Positions 25,143 through 32,431 of a stretch of DNA of 32,431 nt are shown here, in pieces. The position numbers and the translations under genes are program-made. This stretch comes from Octopus sinensis (lineage: Eukaryota), in NCBI RefSeq assembly GCF_006345805.1, contig NW_021829662.1:1-32431 (forward strand), in the 5' to 3' direction. Numbering within the stretch: the stretch's first letter is position 1; the number at the start of each line of letters is the position of its first letter. The notes beneath the pieces are model-generated. The model did not search any database and was not told the DNA's origin. It saw nothing but the letters and a program-made list of their open reading frames with translations.

Positions 25143-25376
25143 TATTTCTTTACTACCCACAAGTGGATTAAACACAGAGTTGACGAACAAGAACAGACAA
25201 ACGGATTAAGTCGATTACATCGATCCCAGTGCGTAAATGGTACTTAATTTATCGACCCCGAAAGGATGAAAGGCAAAGTCGGCCTCGGCGGAATTTGAAA
25301 TCAGAATGTACCGGCGGACGAAATACTGCTAAGCATTACGCCCGGCGTGCTAACGTTTCTGCCAGCTCGCCGCCCT
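25143..25376 (-). mobile_element. SINE family E, monomeric full length
   Basis: Head plus one body in reverse complement, ending ..GTAAAGAAATA. Confidence 0.88.
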
Positions 25377-25727
25377 TATGTCATAATTTTTTCTGTACAA
25401 AATGGTATCAGCTGACTGCAGACTTTGCTGAACATTTTTTTTTTCATGTATCTCAATGACTGTCTTTCCTAGACTGCCTTTCCCTAGGCTGATTATCTTC
25501 GTTTGGTCACAGTCCTTCCTTGACTATATTGGATGACCGTTGACTCTCTTGTGTTCCTACGCCCTTTCACGGGTTTTGTTTTTCACCCACCTCACCAAGC
25601 AAGCTTGATGAGGTAGCCGCTTTAGTCGCCAACGACTCGATTATTCGACGGGATGTAACGAATTATATGCTATCAATAGTAACTTACCATCAGTAGCACA
25701 AGACTGCAATTATATATACATACATAT

Positions 25728-25812
<85 letters not shown>

Positions 25813-25816
<4 letters not shown>

Positions 25817-26208
25817 GTAGGGAATATAATTTCAAACTTTCAGGGAAAAATCAATTTAGTAATTTTAAATCAAATTTCACAATATATGATATATATATAT
25901 ATTATATAATTTAGAAAAAAAACCTCTATCAAACAATTCAATAATGAAAGATGTTATTCACACCATATAGAAAACATATACTATAAAAACTTTATTCTAA
26001 ACATCAACAAAGTACAAAAACAATAAATAGTAAATAGTAGTAAATATAGGCACGAAACGCGCGTAGTCTTTTTACTACTATTTACTATTTATTTATTTAT
26101 TTGTACTTTGTTGATGTTTAGAATAAGGTTTTTATAGTATATGTTTTCTATATGGTGTGAATAACATCTTTCATTATTGAATTGTTTAAGAGAGGTTTTT
26201 CTCTAAAT

Positions 26209-26215
<7 letters not shown>
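25813..26215. mobile_element. Hairpin unit 1: ~90-bp leader plus ~143-bp inverted arms around a 26-nt loop, within (TA)n
   Basis: Arms about 25902-26044 and 26071-26215 are near-perfect reverse complements; loop TATAGGCACGAAACGCGCGTAGTCTT. Confidence 0.88.
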
Positions 26216-26303
<88 letters not shown>

Positions 26304-26309
26304 AGAGTG

Positions 26310-26616
26310 AAAATGGAGAATTTGAACATCAGGGCAAAAACTGACTAAAATTCATCCCCATCCTAATGGATGAAGAGTTGCTTACTAACTGCAATAGCAG
26401 CATGTGTTTGTGTGTCTGTTTGGGTCAGCATTGAGCATCTCTTGGATTCCTTTCTAATAGATTGGGGCTGCTAAACTACGACAACGGTGGACAATGGTCT
26501 AGTTGTGGTTTTGAGGAACTGGGTCATACTACCATTCACCTCAATGGAATTTAGATCGGTTTTATAAAGGCTGGTTACCACTCCCTTCTCTATTCACCTG
26601 TGCAAGGAATAAAAAT

Positions 26617-26662
<46 letters not shown>

Positions 26663-26673
26663 ATATATATATT

Positions 26674-26709
<36 letters not shown>

Positions 26710-27520
26710 ATAGTAGGGAATATAATTTCAAACTTTCAGGGAAAAATCAATTTAGTAATTTTAAATCAAATTTCACAATATATGATATATATATATATAT
26801 ATATAATTTAGAAAAAAAACCTCTATCAAACAATTCAATAATGAAAGATGTTATTCACACCATATAGAAAACATATACTATAAAAACTTTATTCTAAACA
26901 TCAACAAGTACAAAAACAATAAATAGTAAATAGTAGTAAATATAGGCACGAAACGCGCGTAGTCTTTTTACTACTATTTACTATTTATTTATTTATTTGT
27001 ACTTTGTTGATGTTTAGAATAAGGTTTTTATAGTATATGTTTTCTATATGGTGTGAATAACATCTTTCATTATGAATTGTTTAAGAGAGGTTTTTCTCTA
27101 AATTATATAAATATATATATATTATATATATATATATATATATATTAGCAGAATGCAAATCAATATATTTATTTATTTCAATTCTTATTACAATTTTTAT
27201 TTATTTAGTTGTATTAGTCCTATTTTTGACAGTTTAAGCTATTATAGATATTTTTAGTTAAATAATTTATTATATATTTAAAGTATGGAGTTAGCCTATT
27301 TGCAAATGGTTATGGTACGTTTCATTTTAAGATTATTTCCTATATCTATTTTAGCAGTCACGAAGTGCTTATTCAAATATATTTTTATTTTTTAAAAATT
27401 TATTAAATACACTCATATATACATATATATACACTCATATACACTAAAGTGGGAAGTAATTAGCAGGGCAAAAGCTTATAGCGCTGGAAGCAAATGATGT
27501 GACTTGTGCGTTGAGGAAAT
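26310..27520 (+). mobile_element. Fragmented Penelope-like remnant, an inverted homolog of 29220-29700
   Basis: 26310-26362, 26580-26618 and 27147-27290 match the reverse complement of 29445-29690; 27444-27520 encodes KWEVISRAKAYSAGSK*CDLCVEE. Confidence 0.72.
26709..27110. mobile_element. Hairpin unit 2, near-identical to unit 1
   Basis: Same leader, arms and loop (GAAACGCGCGTA at 26950-26961), differing only by a few indels. Confidence 0.88.
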
Positions 27521-27613
27521 TCTCCAGATACACTCATATATATACATATATATACCGGAGTCATTCTTGTTGCTTATTTTGATATACATATATATACATA
27601 CACTCATATATAC

Positions 27614-27656
<43 letters not shown>

Positions 27657-27695
27657 AACACGCACACACGCACACACACACACACACACATATAT

Positions 27696-28160
27696 ACTCT
27701 TTTACTCTTTTACTCTTTTACTTGTTTCAGTCATTTGACTGCGGCCATGCTGGAGCACCGCCTTTAGTCGAGCAAATCGACCCCGGGACTTATTCTTTGT
27801 AAGCCCAGTACTTATTTTATCGGTCTCTTTTGCCAAACTGCTAAGTGACGGGGACGTAAACACACCAGCATCGGTTGTCAAGCAATGCTAGGGGGACAAA
27901 CACAGACACACAAACATATACACACACTTATATATATACACACACTTATATATATATATACACTTATATATACACACACTTATATATATATATACATATA
28001 TACGACAGGCTTCTTTCAGTTTCCGTCTACCAAATCCACTCACAAGGCATTGGTCGGCCCGGGGCTATAGCAGAAGACACTTGCCCAAGATGCCACGCAG
28101 TGGGACTGAACCCGGAACCATGTGGTTGGTTAGCAAGCTACTTACCACACAGCCACTCCT
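27696..28160 (-). mobile_element. SINE family B
   Basis: (TACTCTTT)n tail at 27696, head AGGAGTGGCTGTGTGG at 28160. Confidence 0.9.
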
Positions 28161-28575
28161 ATATATATATATATATATAATATATATATATAATATATAT
28201 ATAATATATTTATATTTATATATATATACATATATATATGTGTGTACATATATACATATATATGTACATATATAAAGGACAAAATTTAACCAGTCAACCA
28301 CAGTTGAAACCAATGAACAGAACTATCACAACCTGTAGATCGCATAAATGTAAGAAAGTATACGAGTTCAATAAGAATGGACATTTAATATTTCATTTGT
28401 TCAATAAGAATAGACAATTAATACTTCATTTCATTTCTATTTACTATATTATTTTATATCTTATATTCGTATTATAAGATTATAAATAAAACGTGAAAAC
28501 AGAGTTGGAATTCCTTTGAGTATATATGCTTCTATACACAATCATACAACCACCCCTTTGTATATAAATATATAA

Positions 28576-28642
<67 letters not shown>

Positions 28643-28740
28643 GAGGGAGATAAATTGAATATAAATTAATTAATATCAATTTAAAACCAGTGGCCTAGCA
28701 TACAAAAATCTGAAAAGTCAGAGAAAATTCTAATACATGT

Positions 28741-28850
28741 GTATATTTTAAGGGCTAAAAACCACTATGTGGACAGCCATATGCTAGAAGTAGGTGATCT
28801 ACTTCTAGCATATGGCTGTCCACATAGTGGTTTTTAGCCTTTAAATATAC
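28741..28850. repeat. Palindrome with perfect 41-bp arms and 5-nt loop
   Basis: 28753-28793 is the exact reverse complement of 28799-28839; loop GTGAT; imperfect extension to 28741/28850. Confidence 0.95.
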
Positions 28851-28893
<43 letters not shown>

Positions 28894-29120
28894 TTTCCCT
28901 TATGAATATAACATGTTCTCTATCGTTCATTTATCTAATATAATTATTAAATATTTTTTTTAATAAATCAGCTGAAAGTAAGGGTTTCAATGTACATTCT
29001 TCCATTTGATTAATATAGAATTATTAGGTTCTAGTTATGTATTTATTCACATAATGCGTATTTAATTATATTTATTTGAAATTACTAGACGTATATCTAT
29101 TCTATGATTTCTGTTTAATT

Positions 29121-29440
29121 TTATTTATTAAACATAAATTTAATCCTATGTGGGCAAGAAAATCTTCTTTCTCTTTAATTACTGATTAATTTGTGCTTGT
29201 ATGTAACAATTTGGAATATTTCCTCAACGCACAAGTCACATCATTTGCTTCCAGTGCTATAAGCTTTTGCCCTGCTAATTACTTCCCACTTTAGTATATA
29301 TTCTTTATTTGTGTCCTTGATTACCCAAATTAATCTACTTAAACTAGTGCTAGCTTCTTTCCTCTTACCTTTAAAGTGCTTTCATGGTAGGCTTTCCTTC
29401 TTTTCTATAATTTTCCGTGTAATACATAGTGAACCATACT
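29121..29440 (-). pseudogene. Penelope-like element GIY-YIG endonuclease C-terminal remnant
   Basis: Minus strand RRKAYHESTLK../EASTSLSRLIWVIKDTNKEYILKWEVISRAKAYSTGSK*CDLCVEEIFQIVTYKHKLISN*RERRFSCPHRIKFMFNK*, matching the Penelope pattern ST.LS..W..K...KW.I..RA..Y...CxLCxxE...CxHxxK; stops and frameshift present. Confidence 0.82.
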
Positions 29441-29669
29441 CCCATTAAATGTATAATAATTAATTTAACTAAAATATATATATAATAGCCTAAACTGTCA
29501 ACAAATAAAACTAATACATCTAAATAAATAAAAACTGCAATAAGAACAGAAATTCACACAACTAAAAAGTAGAAGTTAAATAAATATATTGATATGGATT
29601 CTTGCTATATTTTCATTTTTATTCCTTCCACAGGTGAGTAGAGAAGGAAGTGAATGGGGATGAACTTTA

Positions 29670-29782
29670 GTCAATTTTTACGCTGATGAGATTTTTACCT
29701 TTTAAACGCATAATGCAATCTTAACTGCAAAATATTAATGAAGGTAAGAAATTGAAACGTACGTAGGCGATATGAAATTGAC
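29670..29782 (+). ncRNA. Type I hammerhead ribozyme motif (probably degenerate)
   Basis: CTGATGA 29683-29689; stem II 29690-29701 with 29741-29753 (12 bp, one bulge); GAAAC 29754-29758; palindromic GTAC; GTA cleavage triplet 29763-29765; distal stem I GTCAATTT/AAATTGAC. Confidence 0.68.
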
Positions 29783-30029
29783 TATTATATAAATAAATTG
29801 ATGTTTTTTTATCTGGGTGCAAACTCTCCATTTTCCTTATATCCTGTTCTCATATATCGAATAGATGAAAACATCTATAACGACTACTGGAACTACATAA
29901 GTGTTAATACTTATACTAACGCAAATTAAAGAATTCCAAATATATTAATCGATATGGTGCTAAACTAGTGTATGCTTGGATAAAATACAACCCCGTGAAA
30001 GAGCAACCTCTTTCTATTCGAAACTTTAC

Positions 30030-30140
30030 ATATATATATTATCTTTTATCTTTTACTTATTCCAGTCATTAGACCGCGGCAATGCTGCTGCGCCACCTTG
30101 AGGGAGTTTTAGTCAAATGAATGGATCCCAGTATTTTTTC
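30030..30140 (-). mobile_element. Old family B-like SINE tail fragment
   Basis: TCTTTTACTTATTCCAGTCATTAGACCGCGGCAATGCTG matches the B tail with substitutions. Confidence 0.6.
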
Positions 30141-30216
30141 ATATAGATAGATAGATACATACAAACATACATACTGACAGACAGACAGAGAGGTATAAAA
30201 TATATATGTGCATATG

Positions 30217-30276
<60 letters not shown>

Positions 30277-30668
30277 CGTGTGTGTGTGTGTCGATCGCGA
30301 AATTATAATGATCTTTTTGAACGTTGACTGATGAAGAATAAGCTACAAATTTTCTTTTTGTTGTGTTTTGTTTAAATTTTTGAAATATATATATATATAC
30401 ATACATATACATAGACATACATACATATATACATATACATACATATACATACTTTATATGTATATTTATATGCTTATGTATATATAAAGTATGTATATGT
30501 ATATGTATATATATATATATGCAGGCCTAGCTGTTGGAGGCATTTGTCTCCCCTTCGTTAATATATAAGGACACAGGAAATGTGTCGAGGCAGACAGGAA
30601 GCCTAGGGCTAAACAGCGGTGGTGTAATTCCCTTACTGTCATGTTAAGTTGACAGTATACAACCACTA

Positions 30669-30722
<54 letters not shown>

Positions 30723-30829
30723 GTATATATATATGTATATATATAATATATATATATACATATACATACATGCATACATACATACATACATACATACATA
30801 CATACATACATACATACATGTGTATGTAC

Positions 30830-30930
30830 ACGACGAGCTTCTTTCAGTTTCCAGTTGCCAAACGTGCCTAGCAGTGGAACTGAACCCGAAACCATGCGAT
30901 TGGGAAGGAAACTCCTAATCATTCAGCTAC
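30830..30930 (-). mobile_element. Internally deleted SINE B head fragment
   Basis: CGACGAGCTTCTTTCAGTTTCC..GCAGTGGAACTGAACCCGAAACCATG. Confidence 0.6.
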
Positions 30931-31177
30931 ACTTAGTAATCTGAATTTGCTTCTGCAAATATCAACGAGTGTGAGTGATATATTTACATTTCCATTGACA
31001 CTTGGCGAATAAATGTCGATAAGATATCCTCGATATAAGGTCAGTCATTTTGTACCAGTAACTGATAATCAAATCTCTTCTTTGTACTTGTTTTCACCTG
31101 ATGTTGTCCTTTTACAGCCTCAAGGGTATCCCTGTTGACTTGTATGATTCTTGTGAAATGTAATATTTCTTCCAGTT

Positions 31178-32431
31178 AAAGCAGCGAGCTGGCAGAACCG
31201 TTAGCACGCCGGGCGAAATGCTAAGCGGTATTTCGTCCGCCTCTATGTTCTGAGTTCAAATTCCGCCGAGCTCTACTTTGCCTTTCATCCTTTCGAGACC
31301 GATAAATTAAGTACCAGCTACGTACTGCGGTAGACATATATTTCTTTACTGCCCACAAGGGGCTAAACATAGAGGGGACAAACAAGGACAGACAAAGGGA
31401 GTAAGTCAATTACATTGACCCCAGTGCGAAACTGGTACTTTATTTATCGACCCCGAAAGGATGAAAGGCAAAGTCGACCTCGGCGGAATTTGAACTCAGA
31501 ACATAACGACAGACGAAATACCGCTAAGCACTTCGCCCGGCGCGCTAACGTTTCTGCCAGCTCGCCGGGGGTAGATATAATCGACTTAATCCGTTTGTCT
31601 GCCCTTGATTGTCCCCTCTGTGTTTAGCCCCTTGTGGGTAGTAAAGAAATGGGTATTTCGTCTGCCGTTACGTTCTGAGTTCAAATTCCGCCGAGGTCGA
31701 CTTTGCCTTTCATCCTTTCGGGGTCGATAAATTAAGGACCAGTTACGCACTGGGGTCGATATAATCGACTTAATCCGTTTGTCTGTCCTTGTTTGTCCTC
31801 TCTGTGTTTAGCCCATTGTGGATAGTAAAGAAATAGGTATTTCGTCTGCCGTTACGTTCTGAGTTCAAATTCCGCCGAGGTTGACTTTGCCTTTCGTCCT
31901 TTCGGGGTCGATAAATTAAGTACCAGTTATGCACTGGGATCGATATAATTGACTTAATCCGTCTGTCTGTCCTTGTTTGTCCCCTCTGTGTTTAGCCCCT
32001 TGTGGGTTGTAAAGAAATAGGAATTTCGTCTGCCGTTACGTTCTGAGTTCAAATTCCACCGAGCTCGACTTTGCCTTTCATTCTTTCGGGGTCGATAAAT
32101 TAAGTACCAGTTACGTACTGGGGTCGATATAATCGACTTAATCCGTTTGTCTGTCCTTGTTTGTCCCCTCTGTGTTTAGCCCCTTGTGGGTAGTAAAGAA
32201 ATAGGTATTTCGTCTGCCGTTACGTTCTGAGTTCAAATTCCGCCGAGGTTGACTTTGCCTTTTGTCCTTTCGGGGTCGATAAATTAAGTACCAGTTATGC
32301 ACTGGGATCGATATAATCGACTTAATCCGTTTGTCTGTCCTTGTTGTCCCCTCTGTATTTAGCCCCTTGTGGGTAGTAAAGAAATAGGTATTTCGTCTGC
32401 CGTTACGCTCTGAGTTCAAATTCCGCCGAGG
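31178..32431 (+). repeat. SINE family E head followed by a 184-bp tandem array of headless bodies, running off the window
   Basis: Unit starts (GGTATTTCGTCTG; one has GGAATTTC) at 31652, 31836, 32020, 32204 and 32387. Confidence 0.95.
31339..31567 (-). mobile_element. Monomeric SINE E inserted antisense into the SINE E array
   Basis: Flanked by GCGGTAGACATA (31327-31338) and GGGGTAGATATA (31568-31579), which share a GTAGA variant absent from other units (GTCGA/ATCGA). Confidence 0.85.

Noticed and set aside
29620-29640. Splice-like TTCCTTCCACAG|GTGAG
   Set aside because: It lies inside a Penelope-derived segment with a homolog at 26.6 kb, and there is no supporting exon frame.
31568-32431. 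Regularly spaced repeats resembling a CRISPR array (also 17700-18220)
   Set aside because: Whole units are repeated with no unique spacers, there are no cas genes, and the context is eukaryotic.

Overview
Eukaryotic, repeat-saturated intergenic or intronic DNA, most likely from an Octopus genome. That assignment is an inference from the SINE families and the extreme (TA)n/(TATG)n/(TAGA)n density. No intact protein-coding gene is supported, and almost every ORF in the track is a microsatellite or minisatellite translation. Contents: (i) about 20 copies or fragments of at least four tRNA-headed SINE families (here A, B, C, E), plus head/tail mosaics and a 184-bp SINE-derived tandem array at the right end; (ii) a ~9.6-kb, ~20-bp CA-rich minisatellite with higher-order structure (6.06-15.67 kb); (iii) three small non-autonomous DNA transposons with visible target-site duplications (17.3-20.0 kb); (iv) a cluster of 5'-truncated R4/Dong-like retrotransposon ends encoding a restriction-like endonuclease, whose junctions sit in (CATA)n microsatellites (21.3-24.8 kb); (v) a Penelope-like (GIY-YIG) zone in (TA)n tracts (24.4-29.8 kb) with a type I hammerhead ribozyme fold, two near-identical ~310-bp hairpins whose loop is the 3' half of a hammerhead, and a perfect 41-bp palindrome. 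All coordinates and translations were read by eye and may be off by a few bases.
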